A DNA stretch of 64,000 nucleotides from an uncultured Pelagibacteraceae bacterium. Its GTDB lineage: Bacteria; Pseudomonadota; Alphaproteobacteria; Pelagibacterales; Pelagibacteraceae. Below are positions 1 through 11,352 of the stretch, in pieces. The notes beneath the pieces are model-generated. The model searched no databases, was not told where the DNA came from, and saw nothing but the letters and a program-made list of their open reading frames with translations. The DNA is taken from contig CABYJT010000001.1 of the NCBI GenBank assembly GCA_902519455.1, forward strand, positions 4,028 through 68,027. The letters run 5' to 3'. The position numbers and the translations under genes are program-made. Each line of letters opens with the position of its first letter. The stretch's first letter is position 1.

Positions 1-1457
1 GCAGTACTTAATAATGACAATTGAGTCACTTTATCTTCACCAAGCTCATCAATTATCTTCACAGGATATTCACCTGTAAAGTGATGATCTGTTAATTGAG
101 GATAATTTTCATTTCTTTTTTCAAACCCCATTCCTAAATATAATCCATTTAAACTTAAGAATTTTAATGATTTTGCCTTTATAAATTCACATATTTCAGC
201 TGTAGATTTGTTAGCTGCCAAAAGCTCTTTTTTTGTTGGTGTATCAACTCCATAAAAATCAGGAAACTTAATTTCGGGACTTGCTATTCTCACGTGAACT
301 TCTTTTGCTCCAGAGTCGTATAACATTTTTACTATTTTTGACGATGTAGTACCTCTTACAAGTGAGTCATCAACCAAAATAATCCTCTTATTTTTTATTA
401 CCGAGATATTTGGATTCAATTTTAGCTTAACTCCCAAACTTCTTATTTGTTGAGAGGGTTCAATAAAAGTCCTACCAACATAGTGGTTTCGAATTAAACC
501 TAGGTCGAATTTTAGACCTTTTTCTTCAGCATATCCGAGTGCTGCAGCATTACCTGAGTCTGGGACAGGCACAACTAAGTCAGCCTCTATCTTATCCTCT
601 TTTGCCAATTGTTGTCCAAAATTCTTTCTGTATTCGTATGCAGTTTTACCGTTTAAGATACTGTCTGGTCTAGAAAAATAAATATATTCAAACACGCATG
701 GTCTAATTTTTTTTGGAGGAAAAGGTTTAATACTTTTTAATTTGTCATTTTCGATGTAAACAATTTCTCCATTTTCGACCTCTCTTACAAATTTTGCTCC
801 AATTATATCAAATGCACAAGTTTCAGAAGCAAATACGTATGAATTTTTTAATTTACCAATTACTAATGGTCTTATTCCGTATGGATCTCTAACACCTATA
901 AGTGTGTTTTGTGTCATCATTACGAGTGAGTATCCACCTTGAATTTGAAATATAGCATCAATGATTTTATCAATTGTTTTGTTTCTTTTTGATTTAGCAA
1001 TTAATTGAACAATAGTTTCAGTATCTGATGTAGTATAAAATATTGCACCATCCTCAACTAATTTATTTCTTAGTGTAATTGCATTTGTAAGATTTCCATT
1101 ATGTGCAACACCTATGCCTCCCGCATTTGTATCAGCAAAAAAAGGTTGAACATTCCTTAAAGCAGTTCCGCCTGTTGTTGAGTAACGATTATGTCCAATC
1201 GCATATTTTCCAGGAAGTTTTTTTAAAACTTTTTCATCATTAAAGTTATCACCTACTAACCCAAATCTTTTTTCAGAGTGATATTTTTCTCCATCATATG
1301 AAACTATACCACAACCCTCTTGTCCTCTATGCTGAAGCGCATGAAGACCTAAAGCGGTAAGGGTAGAGGCATCATTAGAATTACTTATTCCGAATACTGC
1401 GCACTCTTCCTTAATCTTAGGATCATATATCTTGAACTTTTTCTTTAGTTTCTTCAT
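1..1457 (-). CDS. purF: Amidophosphoribosyltransferase (3' end runs off the window)
   Basis: Manual translation from ATG at 1457: MKKLKKKFKIYDPKIKEE-CAVFG (propeptide plus catalytic Cys), LQHRGQE, GHNRYST, AHNGN and the PRPP motif VDDSLVRGTT. Lies directly after cvpA. Confidence 0.95.
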   Translation of the reverse strand, partial: MKKLKKKFKIYDPKIKEECAVFGISNSNDASTLTALGLHALQHRGQEGCGIVSYDGEKYHSEKRFGLVGDNFNDEKVLKKLPGKYAIGHNRYSTTGGTALRNVQPFFADTNAGGIGVAHNGNLTNAITLRNKLVEDGAIFYTTSDTETIVQLIAKSKRNKTIDKIIDAIFQIQGGYSLVMMTQNTLIGVRDPYGIRPLVIGKLKNSYVFASETCAFDIIGAKFVREVENGEIVYIENDKLKSIKPFPPKKIRPCVFEYIYFSRPDSILNGKTAYEYRKNFGQQLAKEDKIEADLVVPVPDSGNAAALGYAEEKGLKFDLGLIRNHYVGRTFIEPSQQIRSLGVKLKLNPNISVIKNKRIILVDDSLVRGTTSSKIVKMLYDSGAKEVHVRIASPEIKFPDFYGVDTPTKKELLAANKSTAEICEFIKAKSLKFLSLNGLYLGMGFEKRNENYPQLTDHHFTGEYPVKIIDELGEDKVTQLSLLST

Positions 1458-1965
1458 AATCTTTTTTGTCAGGAAATTCTTTTATAAGGTAGTTACTACC
1501 TTTTTCAACCCATGCATATGTGAAAGCATCATCTAAATTAATTGGCCATTTTTTGTGGTTATAGATGATATTTATAGTTGTATAAATACATACAATTATA
1601 ACGTAAGCCCTAATAAATCCAAAAAAGAAACCGAAGATTCTATCTAGATTTCCTAATCCAGAGTAAGTGACTGCTCTATTAATTCCTTTATTTATTAATA
1701 AAATTAAAAAAATAATTATTATGAATAATCCTATACCAACTGCTAGATCAAGGACATACTCACTATCAATTATATCCTTAAAATATGGCTTTACTTTTGG
1801 AAATAGAAATAGAGTAACAACATAAGCTAAAAGCCATTTAGAGGCTGATAAAATGCTCAATAAAAAACCTTTTTTTGTACATGTAATTAAGGATAATGCT
1901 GTGAAAACTAAATAAACAATATCAAAGGTAAATAGTTCAGAAAAAAAATCTTTTACAACTTCCAT
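1423..1965 (-). CDS. cvpA: CvpA family membrane protein
   Basis: Hydrophobic 180 aa with LDRIFGFFFGFIR motif; conserved position upstream of purF. Confidence 0.88.
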   Translation of the reverse strand: MEVVKDFFSELFTFDIVYLVFTALSLITCTKKGFLLSILSASKWLLAYVVTLFLFPKVKPYFKDIIDSEYVLDLAVGIGLFIIIIFLILLINKGINRAVTYSGLGNLDRIFGFFFGFIRAYVIIVCIYTTINIIYNHKKWPINLDDAFTYAWVEKGSNYLIKEFPDKKDYEETKEKVQDI

Positions 1966-1968
1966 TAA

Positions 1969-4341
1969 TTATTTAATCTTAAAAGGTTTGAGCACTAAAA
2001 GTAAAGATGGCAATAATGTTAAAACTGATATCATAGCCAATAACATTGCTAACCCAGTGAAGACACCAAAATATATAGTCGGTATAAAATTAGATAAAAC
2101 CAAAATAGAAAACCCAAATACAATTGTTATAGATGTATTTAGTATCGCCACTCCAACTGTCGAATGACAATATATAAGTGTTTTATTGTAATCTTTTATT
2201 TTAGTCAGTTCTTCCCTAAATCTATAAATATAATGAATGCTATTATCTACAGCAATACCAATCGTGATAGCAGCAATTGTAATTGTCATCATATCTAAAG
2301 GGATACTTGCCAAACCAATTATTCCCAGAATAAAAAAAGCTGCAATAAAATTTGGTATTACACCAATTAGTGAAATTTTAATATTTCTAAAAAGAATTAA
2401 AAACATTACAAATATTCCAACCATTACAAAACCAAGAGTTAAAATTTGGGATTTAAATAAACTTTGAAGTAAATTATTAAATAATATAAGTACACCTCCA
2501 AGTTTAAATTCATCTTTATTGATATTTAATTTATTTTCTAAATCAAACTTTATTTGATTAATTAGATCATTTCTTCTTAATCCATCTAAAGAATCTTTTA
2601 TTCTTAAACTTATTCGAGCTTCAGAATTTTTTATAGATATATATGGGTCTACTATTTCTTTTTTGATATCATCTGGAATTTTACTATACAGAACCCCCAT
2701 TTCCAAAGTTCCAAGTGGTTTATTATTATTTAATTTTGTTGCAACTTCAATTATTGATGAAAAGGATAAAACTTTACCGATAGCATCAATATCATCTAAA
2801 TAATTATGAACTCGAGTAATTTTATTAATTTTATCTTTTGTAAACCAATACTTATTGTCATTTTCATCATCATCTCCCCAATCATTCTCACTATCAGTTT
2901 CTTCATCCTCATCTTTTGGAAATTTTAAAATTACTTCTAGTGGAGTTGTTCCACCCAACTTTTCATCTATTAATTTCATACCTTTGTAAATTTCAGTATT
3001 TTTATTAAAGTAATTGATGAAACTATTTTCAACTTCTAATTTTGAGATACCAAATATGCTTAAAAATATAATTATCCCAGTAAAACCAAATATGTAATTT
3101 TTATTTTTAACTGCTAATTTTCCTAGATAGCTCGTTATTTTAGAGTCTTTATTCTCAGTTAATGCAACATTTGAGTTTGGAAAAAAACTTAATAATGTAG
3201 GTAGAAGTGTGAATGTAATTATTAGTGAGGTTATTAATCCAAAAGTCATCATCCACCCAAAATCTATAATTGGTTTTATCTCACTAAAAATTAATGACAT
3301 AAAAGCACATATAGTTGTTAAGACAGTATAAAAGATTGGCCAAATCATTTTTTTTGTTGTCAAAATTAAAATTTCAAATTTTTTCTTTTTTGGAAACTGT
3401 TTGTTTAATTGTAAAAATCTAGTACTCATATGAATATTCATTGCCATTGTCAGAATTAACATTAACGCAATAAAGTTTGATGAAATTACTGTCACTTTCC
3501 ACCCAACTAAGCCCAGAAAACCCACCATAAATACAACCGAAAAGAAACAGCTACAAATTGGAATAACTATCCAAATTATTTTTCTGAATACATACCAAAG
3601 TGTTAAGATTATAAATATTAGTACACCAATACCAAAAGTCACAATATCATTTTTTATAAAAGTCATCATATCATCAGCTATCATTGGAATACCCCCAAGA
3701 TAAATTTGAGTATTTTGATTATAATTTTTTATAACCTTTCTAATTTCTAAAATATTTTGATGCCTTTGTTTTTTAATTTTATCTTTAGCGACTTCTAATT
3801 CCTTCTGAGTTTTTATTTGTTTATCTATTTTATTTGGTTTTATATAAACAATGATTCCACTTGTTTTTCCATCCTCACTAATTACAAAGTTTCTAAATAC
3901 AGGACTATTTAAGATTTCATTAAATCCACGGTCCTTATCAATATTCTTACTTGTTAACGTTTTAAAATTTTGAATACGTTCAATTAGACTATCATCTGTT
4001 GTCTCTAATAAAGGAATATCTAAAAGTGTAACGACATTATGAACCCATATTAATGATTTTAACTCATTTTTTAATTCAGAAAGAATTTTAATTGAATTCT
4101 CTGAATTCATTTTACTATTCGGAGAGTAGGTGAGTACAAGAAATTCCTTAGCGCCATATCTTTCATTAATTTGATTTAGATATTCTAGGTCAGGATCATT
4201 TTCTAATAACAATGTTTCCGAGCTTGCATCTAAGCGAAAATCTTTAGAAAAGTAAAAAGCAGTAATTAGTAATAATAGTAATATTAAAAAAATTAATTTA
4301 GGTTTCTCTATTATATTATTTTGGTAAAAATTAGCTAACAT
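1969..4341 (-). CDS. MMPL/RND family transporter
   Basis: 790 aa with two repeats of a periplasmic loop plus TM bundle; GIAVDNSIH motif. Confidence 0.85.
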   Translation of the reverse strand: MLANFYQNNIIEKPKLIFLILLLLLITAFYFSKDFRLDASSETLLLENDPDLEYLNQINERYGAKEFLVLTYSPNSKMNSENSIKILSELKNELKSLIWVHNVVTLLDIPLLETTDDSLIERIQNFKTLTSKNIDKDRGFNEILNSPVFRNFVISEDGKTSGIIVYIKPNKIDKQIKTQKELEVAKDKIKKQRHQNILEIRKVIKNYNQNTQIYLGGIPMIADDMMTFIKNDIVTFGIGVLIFIILTLWYVFRKIIWIVIPICSCFFSVVFMVGFLGLVGWKVTVISSNFIALMLILTMAMNIHMSTRFLQLNKQFPKKKKFEILILTTKKMIWPIFYTVLTTICAFMSLIFSEIKPIIDFGWMMTFGLITSLIITFTLLPTLLSFFPNSNVALTENKDSKITSYLGKLAVKNKNYIFGFTGIIIFLSIFGISKLEVENSFINYFNKNTEIYKGMKLIDEKLGGTTPLEVILKFPKDEDEETDSENDWGDDDENDNKYWFTKDKINKITRVHNYLDDIDAIGKVLSFSSIIEVATKLNNNKPLGTLEMGVLYSKIPDDIKKEIVDPYISIKNSEARISLRIKDSLDGLRRNDLINQIKFDLENKLNINKDEFKLGGVLILFNNLLQSLFKSQILTLGFVMVGIFVMFLILFRNIKISLIGVIPNFIAAFFILGIIGLASIPLDMMTITIAAITIGIAVDNSIHYIYRFREELTKIKDYNKTLIYCHSTVGVAILNTSITIVFGFSILVLSNFIPTIYFGVFTGLAMLLAMISVLTLLPSLLLVLKPFKIK

Positions 4342-4366
4342 TCAATATTAGCTTTTATAAGTTATA

Positions 4367-5782
4367 TTAATTATTTTGAATATCTTTAAATTTTGTAAAC
4401 ATTTCCTCAAATTCAAGCATTATTGTGCCTGTTGGACCGTGTCTTTGTTTGAGTATTAGAAGTTCAGCTAAATGAGATATTTCATTCATTTTTGCCTGCC
4501 ATTCTGCATGTTCTACTGTTGCAGGTCTTGGTTCTTTATTTTTTAAATAATATGATTCTCTGAATACGAACATGACAACATCAGCATCTTGTTCTATTGA
4601 CCCAGACTCTCTTAGATCAGAAAGCAATGGTTTTTTGTCATCTCTTTGTTCAACTGCTCTAGATAACTGAGAAAGTGCCAATACAGGAACTGATAATTCC
4701 TTAGCAAGAGCCTTTAGTCCTTGGGTTATTTCTGAAATTTCCTGAACACGTCCATCTTTAAAATTTGTTCCTTTCATTAGTTGTATATAGTCAATTACAA
4801 TTAAATCTAACCCATGAATTCTTTTTATTCGCCTAGCCCTATTACTCAATGCAGCAATAGATATAGCTGGCGTCTCATCTATGTATAAAGGTAGTTCAGC
4901 AATATTTTTTGATGTTTCTATAAATTTATCAAATTGCTCATCTGATATTTTTCCTCTTCTTATATCGTTAGACTTAATTCTTGACTGTTCAGCAAGTATT
5001 CTTGTTGATAATTGTTCAGAAGACATTTCCAGTGAAAAAAAGGCAATACAAGATTTTTCTCCCTTATCTTGTATATTCTTTGCAGCATGAAATGCAATAT
5101 TCGTCGCTAGAGCAGTTTTACCCATAGACGGTCTACCTGCTATAATTATTAAATCTGACTTATGCATTCCGCCCAGTCTCTCATCTAAGTCTCTAAGCCC
5201 TGAAGGAACTCCAACAATTCCTTCATCATTTTTAAATGCATTTGATGCCATTTCAATTGTTTGTCTCATTGCTTCATCAAATTTTACAATTGAAGAATTA
5301 AATGATCCTTTTTCAGCTAAATCAAATAATGACTTTTCAAAATTTTCTATAATTTTTTTACCATCATTATTTAAATCATTTAATTTTGCAGTGTCTATTA
5401 TATTATCCGAAATTTTTATAAGTTCTCTTTTGACAAATAGATCGTAAATTATTTTAGAATATTCTATACTTTGTCTTATAGATGTAGAAAATTTAGTAAT
5501 TTTAACGAGATATTCTGGAATATTTAGTTCATCTTTTTCATTCTCAAAATGATTTTTTAGTGTAATTGGATTAGCTAATAAGCCCTTATATATTAAACTT
5601 TCTATAGCTCTAAAAATTTTCTGGTGCATTGGATCATAAAAATTTTTATTTGAAATTAATAAACTTATTTCGTCAAATATTTCGTTTGAGAGCAATATAG
5701 AGCCAATTACCGATTGCTCAGCCTCTATGTTATTAGGAAGCTCGTCTAGTTTATTTTTTACTAAATTAATTGATTGGGACAC
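4367..5782 (-). CDS. dnaB: Replicative DNA helicase (GTG start)
   Basis: EAEQSVIG, Walker A GRPSMGKT, DYIQL, DLRESGSIEQDAD. Confidence 0.98.
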   Translation of the reverse strand: MSQSINLVKNKLDELPNNIEAEQSVIGSILLSNEIFDEISLLISNKNFYDPMHQKIFRAIESLIYKGLLANPITLKNHFENEKDELNIPEYLVKITKFSTSIRQSIEYSKIIYDLFVKRELIKISDNIIDTAKLNDLNNDGKKIIENFEKSLFDLAEKGSFNSSIVKFDEAMRQTIEMASNAFKNDEGIVGVPSGLRDLDERLGGMHKSDLIIIAGRPSMGKTALATNIAFHAAKNIQDKGEKSCIAFFSLEMSSEQLSTRILAEQSRIKSNDIRRGKISDEQFDKFIETSKNIAELPLYIDETPAISIAALSNRARRIKRIHGLDLIVIDYIQLMKGTNFKDGRVQEISEITQGLKALAKELSVPVLALSQLSRAVEQRDDKKPLLSDLRESGSIEQDADVVMFVFRESYYLKNKEPRPATVEHAEWQAKMNEISHLAELLILKQRHGPTGTIMLEFEEMFTKFKDIQNN

Positions 5783-5849
5783 AACTAAAATTTATAGATT
5801 AGGATAGAAAATACAAATAATTAATATTGTTGGGGAAAATTATGTATAA

Positions 5850-6308
5850 TTATTTTTGTTCTTCTTGGGCTAAAGTTTTTATTACAATCTGTGTTTGAAC
5901 TTCAGAGTGTAAATTGATCAATACATCAAAATTCCCAATTGATTTGATTTCTTTAGGAGTCTGTATTAGAGATGGATTAATTTTAACCTTGTCTATTTCT
6001 TCTATAACTTTAGATATTTCTGTTGGTTTGACTGATCCATAAAGTTCTTTATTCTCAGTACTTAGTTTTTTAATTTCATATTGTTTGTTTTTGATTTTTT
6101 CATGAATTTGTTTTGCTTCTTTTTTTCTATCTTGGTCTTTTTTAGATAACTCCTGCTTAATTTTTTCTACCTGTGATATGTTTTCTTTAGAAGCAAAGAG
6201 AGCTTTTTTCTTTGAAATAAGAAAATTTCTTGCAAATCCTCTTTTTACGTCAATTATCTCTCCTATGGATCCTATTTTCCTAACATTTTCCAATAAAATA
6301 ACTTTCAT
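5850..6308 (-). CDS. rplI: 50S ribosomal protein L9
   Basis: MKVILLE...VKRGFARNFL and LYGSV motifs; rpsF-rpsR-rplI order. Confidence 0.97.
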   Translation of the reverse strand: MKVILLENVRKIGSIGEIIDVKRGFARNFLISKKKALFASKENISQVEKIKQELSKKDQDRKKEAKQIHEKIKNKQYEIKKLSTENKELYGSVKPTEISKVIEEIDKVKINPSLIQTPKEIKSIGNFDVLINLHSEVQTQIVIKTLAQEEQK

Positions 6309-6309
6309 A

Positions 6310-6579
6310 TTATAACAATGCTAAATTTCTTGCTCTTTTGACCGACAAAGACAATTCTCTTTGTTTTTTCTGACTGACTGACGTAATTCTTGAAGGAAGA
6401 ATTTTTCCATTTTCTGATATATATCTTTTTAACAATTTTATATTTTTATAATCCACAATTGGGGCACCCTTTCCTGAAAGAGGACATTTTTTTTTGAATT
6501 TATACTTTTGGTTCTGAAAAATACTTAGCTTTGCAAAGTTACTCTGTTTAGATTTTTTTTTATTATTTCTTTTTTTCAT
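6310..6579 (-). CDS. rpsR: 30S ribosomal protein S18
   Basis: [24 protein letters not shown]...KRARNLALL. Confidence 0.97.
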   Translation of the reverse strand: MKKRNNKKKSKQSNFAKLSIFQNQKYKFKKKCPLSGKGAPIVDYKNIKLLKRYISENGKILPSRITSVSQKKQRELSLSVKRARNLALL

Positions 6580-6584
6580 GATTA

Positions 6585-6929
6585 TTATTTACTATAACTC
6601 TCTTTCTCCTCAGTTTTCTTAAAATAGTCAGTATCAAGGTCGAATTTTTTTACTTTCACTGTCAAAAATCTTAATAAGTTTTTATCAATTTTTTCATTTT
6701 TTTCTAATTCAGCAATTATTTTACCATCTGCTTTAATTTTGAAGTGTATATAATTTCCCTTTTTATTTTTTTTAATTAAATATGCAAGATTCATTAGGCC
6801 CCAGTTTTCCAATTTTACCACGTCTCCATCAAGTTTTTCTACAATTTTAGAATATTTTTCCTCTAGTTGTTTAATTTGTGAAGGACTTACATCCTGCCTT
6901 GCTATAATTGTGTGCTCATATAAGTTCAT
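6585..6929 (-). CDS. rpsF: 30S ribosomal protein S6
   Basis: [24 protein letters not shown]. Confidence 0.96.
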   Translation of the reverse strand: MNLYEHTIIARQDVSPSQIKQLEEKYSKIVEKLDGDVVKLENWGLMNLAYLIKKNKKGNYIHFKIKADGKIIAELEKNEKIDKNLLRFLTVKVKKFDLDTDYFKKTEEKESYSK

Positions 6930-7013
6930 AATAATTCTTTCAAAAAAGAGAGGATATACTATTATAATTTTTTAATTACAATATAAAAAATAAGGTTTTT
7001 ACTTATATTTTCT

Positions 7014-7943
7014 ATGTTTTCTGTTTTATTTCCTGGGCAAGGTTCACAATCATTAGGAATGTGTAAAGAACTCTATAATAATTTTGATTATATAAAAGAT
7101 TTATTTAAAGAGGCAGAAGACACATTAAATTTGCAAATTAGTAAACTAATTTTTGATGGACCAAAAGAGCTATTGGATGAAACAGAAAATACACAACCCG
7201 CAATTTTTCTAGTAGGTTATTCAATCTACAAAGCAGTTGAAAAAGAAACTTCAATTGATTTTGATAAAGCTAATTTTTTTGCTGGGCATTCATTAGGTGA
7301 ATATACAGCATTATCATGTGCTGGAGTAATAAATTTTAGAGATACATTAAGTCTTTTGAAAATTAGAGGAAAATCAATGCAAGATGCAGTCCCTAAAAAT
7401 GAAGGTGGAATGGTAGCTGTATTAGGTGAAAATATAGAAAAAATTTTAGATATAATTAAAAATAATCAAAGCGAATTTTGTTGTTATTTAGCAAATGATA
7501 ATTCTAACGGTCAAGTTGTTATAAGTGGAAAATTAAAAGAATTAGAAAAGTTTATGTTAGTATTAAAGAAATCTAATATAAAACATATCAAACTGTCAGT
7601 TTCAGCACCTTTTCATTGTGTTTTAATGCAACCAGCGACAGAGATTATGAAAAATGAAATAATTAGAACTAAATTTTTAAAACCAAAAAAAAAGATTGTG
7701 TCAAATGTTACAGCAGAACCAAGTGATGATGTAGAAAAAATAAAAAACCTTTTAATTCAACAGATTGAAAAACCAGTACGATGGAGGGAAAGTATAATAA
7801 ATATGATAAATTCAGGAAACAAAAAATTTATTGAAATTGGACCTGGAAAAGTACTTTCAGGGTTAGTAAAAAGAATTGATAGAAATATTAAAACAATTCA
7901 AGTAAACAATATTAGTGATCTGGAAAATTTAAAAGAATTATGA
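7014..7943 (+). CDS. fabD: Malonyl-CoA:ACP transacylase
   Basis: FPGQGSQ, GHSLGE, SAPFH, EIGPG. Confidence 0.97.
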   Translation: MFSVLFPGQGSQSLGMCKELYNNFDYIKDLFKEAEDTLNLQISKLIFDGPKELLDETENTQPAIFLVGYSIYKAVEKETSIDFDKANFFAGHSLGEYTALSCAGVINFRDTLSLLKIRGKSMQDAVPKNEGGMVAVLGENIEKILDIIKNNQSEFCCYLANDNSNGQVVISGKLKELEKFMLVLKKSNIKHIKLSVSAPFHCVLMQPATEIMKNEIIRTKFLKPKKKIVSNVTAEPSDDVEKIKNLLIQQIEKPVRWRESIINMINSGNKKFIEIGPGKVLSGLVKRIDRNIKTIQVNNISDLENLKEL

Positions 7944-8677
7944 TTGATCTTAAAAATTTAAATATTATTTTAACTGGTGCTACTGGAGTAATAGGAAATT
8001 CTATTCTAGACAAAATAATTTCATCTGGATCTAATGTAATAGCGACTGGAACAAATGAACTAAAATTAAAAGCAATTCAAAGTAAATATAAAAATATACA
8101 AACCTTAAAATTTGACATTTCAAACCATAAAAGAATAGAGGATTTTATTGAAGATTGTAGTAAAATCTTTTCTAACAAAATTGATGTATTAATAAATAAT
8201 GCTGGAATTACACAAGATAATTTATCTATTAGAATGAAAGAGGAGGAATGGAAAAAAGTAATAGATATTAACTTATCATCAACTTTTTTTATTACAAAAA
8301 ATGTTATAAAAAAAATGTTAAAAGCAAAAAATGGTAAAATTATTAATGTAACGTCAGTAGTAGGCCATTCGGGGAATGTTGGACAAGCAAATTATGCAGC
8401 ATCGAAGGCAGGTATTATTGCCATGTCAAAAAGCTTAGCTCTAGAGTACGGTAAAAAAAACATAAAGGTTAATTGTGTATCGCCAGGGTTTATAATATCA
8501 GAAATGACTGATAAAATCAGCGAAGAACATACTGAACTAATGAAATTACGAATATCTCTCAATAAATTTGGGAAACCTGAGGATGTGGCAAATACGATTG
8601 CTTTTTTAAGTTCAAACTTATCAGACTACATAACTGGAGAAACTATACATGTTAATGGAGGCATGTATTTTAGTTGA
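7940..8677 (+). CDS. fabG: 3-oxoacyl-ACP reductase
   Basis: SDR motifs TGATGVIG, NNAG, YAASK; lies between fabD and acpP. Confidence 0.95.
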   Translation: MIDLKNLNIILTGATGVIGNSILDKIISSGSNVIATGTNELKLKAIQSKYKNIQTLKFDISNHKRIEDFIEDCSKIFSNKIDVLINNAGITQDNLSIRMKEEEWKKVIDINLSSTFFITKNVIKKMLKAKNGKIINVTSVVGHSGNVGQANYAASKAGIIAMSKSLALEYGKKNIKVNCVSPGFIISEMTDKISEEHTELMKLRISLNKFGKPEDVANTIAFLSSNLSDYITGETIHVNGGMYFS

Positions 8678-8701
8678 CAAACATAATAAAATATTTATTA
8701 A
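8674..8701 (+). promoter_or_regulatory. Possible sigma70 promoter for acpP
   Basis: Perfect -35 TTGACA (8674-8679) and a weak -10-like TATTAA 16 bp downstream; AAGGA Shine-Dalgarno before acpP. Confidence 0.35.
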
Positions 8702-8723
8702 CGAATTAACTTAAAGGAACAAA

Positions 8724-8963
8724 ATGTCTGATGATATTTCAAGCAAAGTAAAAAAAATAGTTGCAGATCACTTAGGAATTGAAGAGTCAAAAGTAAACGA
8801 TGATTCAAGTTTTATCGATGACTTAGGTGCAGATAGCTTAGATACAGTAGAATTAGTAATGGCCTTCGAGGAGGAATTTGGATCTGAGATTTCTGATAGT
8901 GACGCTGAAAAAATTTTAACTGTAGGAGATGCAGTTAAGTTTATTGAAAATAAAGCAAACTAG
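8724..8963 (+). CDS. acpP: Acyl carrier protein
   Basis: [19 protein letters not shown] phosphopantetheine motif. Confidence 0.98.
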   Translation: MSDDISSKVKKIVADHLGIEESKVNDDSSFIDDLGADSLDTVELVMAFEEEFGSEISDSDAEKILTVGDAVKFIENKAN

Positions 8964-8974
8964 TTTTTACATCA

Positions 8975-9607
8975 ATGGCCGAAAAAAAAGCAGGGATAAT
9001 TGTAATATTATCATCCCCTTCTGGCGCTGGAAAAACGACATTGGTAAAAAAAATATCTTCAAGGAATGGATTTAATATTTCAATATCCTATACAACAAGA
9101 AAACCAAGAATTAATGAAAAAAATGGCCAGGATTATTTTTTTGTAAATAATCATAAATTTAAAAAACTAATATACAATAAAAAATTTTTAGAATACGCCA
9201 AAGTTTTCAACAACTATTATGGATCATTAAAAAAAACTATTGTTGATAAATTAAAAAAAGGAGAAAATATAATCTTTGACATTGATTGGCAGGGTACTAA
9301 ACAAATCAAAAATCAAAAACTTAAATATGAAATAATTACAATTTTTATATTACCACCTTCAAAAAAAGAATTATTCAAAAGGTTATTAAAAAGAGACCAA
9401 AAAGATAAAAGAATAGCTAAAGAAAGAATGAAGCAGTTTAAGGAGGATGTAATGCATTGGAAAGATTATGATTATACAGTGATAAATGATAAAATAGAAA
9501 AATGCTATGATATGATAATTAATTATATAAATAATAAAAAAAAAATTAAGAACTCTTCAAATTATAATAAAGAATTAATTAAAAGACATGTTAAAAAACT
9601 AATTTAA
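8975..9607 (+). CDS. gmk: Guanylate kinase
   Basis: [28 protein letters not shown]. Confidence 0.96.
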   Translation: MAEKKAGIIVILSSPSGAGKTTLVKKISSRNGFNISISYTTRKPRINEKNGQDYFFVNNHKFKKLIYNKKFLEYAKVFNNYYGSLKKTIVDKLKKGENIIFDIDWQGTKQIKNQKLKYEIITIFILPPSKKELFKRLLKRDQKDKRIAKERMKQFKEDVMHWKDYDYTVINDKIEKCYDMIINYINNKKKIKNSSNYNKELIKRHVKKLI

Positions 9608-10390
9608 TGTAGCCTCATAAAGTTCACAAATTTTATAGTAAGTGAGATTATCTAAATTTTGTGGTCTTAATTCTAAATCTATCGATAATTCTTTAGAAAC
9701 TTCTTCAAAGTTATCAAATAAAAATTTTAAAGGTTTTTTAATCATTTTGCGTCTATTACTAAAAAAAATATTAGTTACATGCTCCAAATTTTTAGGATCT
9801 TTAATTTTATAAAAACTTCTCTTAGGTGTAAAAACTAACAATGAACTTTTTACCTTAGGTGGTGGACTAAAGCTATCCGGGTCAATGTCTATTAATTTAC
9901 ATATTTTCATTTTCCAATTAGATAATATAGATAATCTACCGTAATTTTTTGTGTTAGCTTCGGCAATTATTCTATCAGCAACCTCTTTTTGAAACATCAA
10001 TACTAATTTTTTGCAATATCTATCTAAATTTTTAATTTTTATCCATTTTGCTAAAATTTGCGTGGATATATTGTAAGGTAAATTTCCAAATATTAACAAA
10101 TTTTCTTTCAAATAATTTTCGTAAGAAAACTTCAACATATCTTCATGAATAATTTTTACTTCATTTCCATATTTCTCGTTTAAAATGTTCACTAATCTAT
10201 CGTCTTTCTCAATTGCAATATAATTTTTTGGTTTTTTTTTGATTATTTTTTTAGTTAAAGCCCCATTTCCAGGGCCAACTTCAATAATTTCATTTTTGTG
10301 ATTTATATTCCCAGTTTTAACAATTAAATCTAATATTTTCTCATTAGTAAGAAAGTTTTGACCTAAACTTTTTTTTTTAAAAAAACTCAT
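9599..10390 (-). CDS. rsmA: 16S rRNA adenine dimethyltransferase
   Basis: [30 protein letters not shown]. Confidence 0.96.
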   Translation of the reverse strand: MSFFKKKSLGQNFLTNEKILDLIVKTGNINHKNEIIEVGPGNGALTKKIIKKKPKNYIAIEKDDRLVNILNEKYGNEVKIIHEDMLKFSYENYLKENLLIFGNLPYNISTQILAKWIKIKNLDRYCKKLVLMFQKEVADRIIAEANTKNYGRLSILSNWKMKICKLIDIDPDSFSPPPKVKSSLLVFTPKRSFYKIKDPKNLEHVTNIFFSNRRKMIKKPLKFLFDNFEEVSKELSIDLELRPQNLDNLTYYKICELYEATLN

Positions 10391-11352
10391 TTAAGTTTAT
10401 TTAAAAAATTTAAAGCATAAAAGATAGATGATGGATCAGAAATATTTTTTCCAACCATTTCGAAATTTGGCCCATGGTCTGGAGTAACCTTTATAAAAGG
10501 TAATCCGATTGTTAAATTAATTGCCTCAAATTTAAATAATGTTTTAATAGGGGTTAGAACTTGATCATGATACATTCCAATTACAACATCATATTTTTTA
10601 ATATTTTTTTTTAAAAAAAAAGTATCTGCAGAAAATGGCCCTGATACATTAATTTTCTTATTTTTGAGGTATTTTATTGCTGGAATAATTTCTTTTTTTT
10701 CTTCACTTACTTTATCAATTGTTTCACAATGAGGATTTAACCCCAATAAGGCTATATTCGGATTTTTTTTTAATCTATCTTTAAAGAAATTATTAATTTT
10801 AACTGTATTTGAAATAATTATTTTTTTTTTAATAAATTTAGTGACATTTTTTATTGGTATATGAGTAGTTATAGGTGAAACTGAAATTCTTTTGTTATAA
10901 ATCAACATAACAGGCCCTTTTGTATTAGTTTTTTTTGCAATATATTCAGTGATACCAGGAAACTTTTTTTTTAAAAAATGTTTTTTTGAAACTGGACCAT
11001 TCATTAGTACAACTGAGTTATTTTTTTTTATAATTTTAACAGATAGATTAAAACATTTTTCAATATAAACATTAGATGATGTTGAGATAGAAGAATAAGT
11101 TTTTGAAAAAACATAATTAACATTTAATATATTAATTAACTTTAAACGCGATTTTTCTATATTTGAAATTTGATTTAAATTAAATTTGTATCCAAGGTGA
11201 GACATTTGATTTTCAATAAGTTTTTTACTACCAACAAGAACTATTTTCTTTCTACTTTTTTCAAAGTTTTCTGAACTAAAATATTTAAACAAAAGTTCTG
11301 AAAAAGTACTATTTGGCTCGCCCAAAATAATTAAAATTACTTCAATATTCAT
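10387..11352 (-). CDS. pdxA: 4-hydroxythreonine-4-phosphate dehydrogenase
   Basis: TTHIP, GLNPH, MYHDQ, TPDHG; surA-pdxA-rsmA order. Confidence 0.93.
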   Translation of the reverse strand: MNIEVILIILGEPNSTFSELLFKYFSSENFEKSRKKIVLVGSKKLIENQMSHLGYKFNLNQISNIEKSRLKLINILNVNYVFSKTYSSISTSSNVYIEKCFNLSVKIIKKNNSVVLMNGPVSKKHFLKKKFPGITEYIAKKTNTKGPVMLIYNKRISVSPITTHIPIKNVTKFIKKKIIISNTVKINNFFKDRLKKNPNIALLGLNPHCETIDKVSEEKKEIIPAIKYLKNKKINVSGPFSADTFFLKKNIKKYDVVIGMYHDQVLTPIKTLFKFEAINLTIGLPFIKVTPDHGPNFEMVGKNISDPSSIFYALNFLNKLK

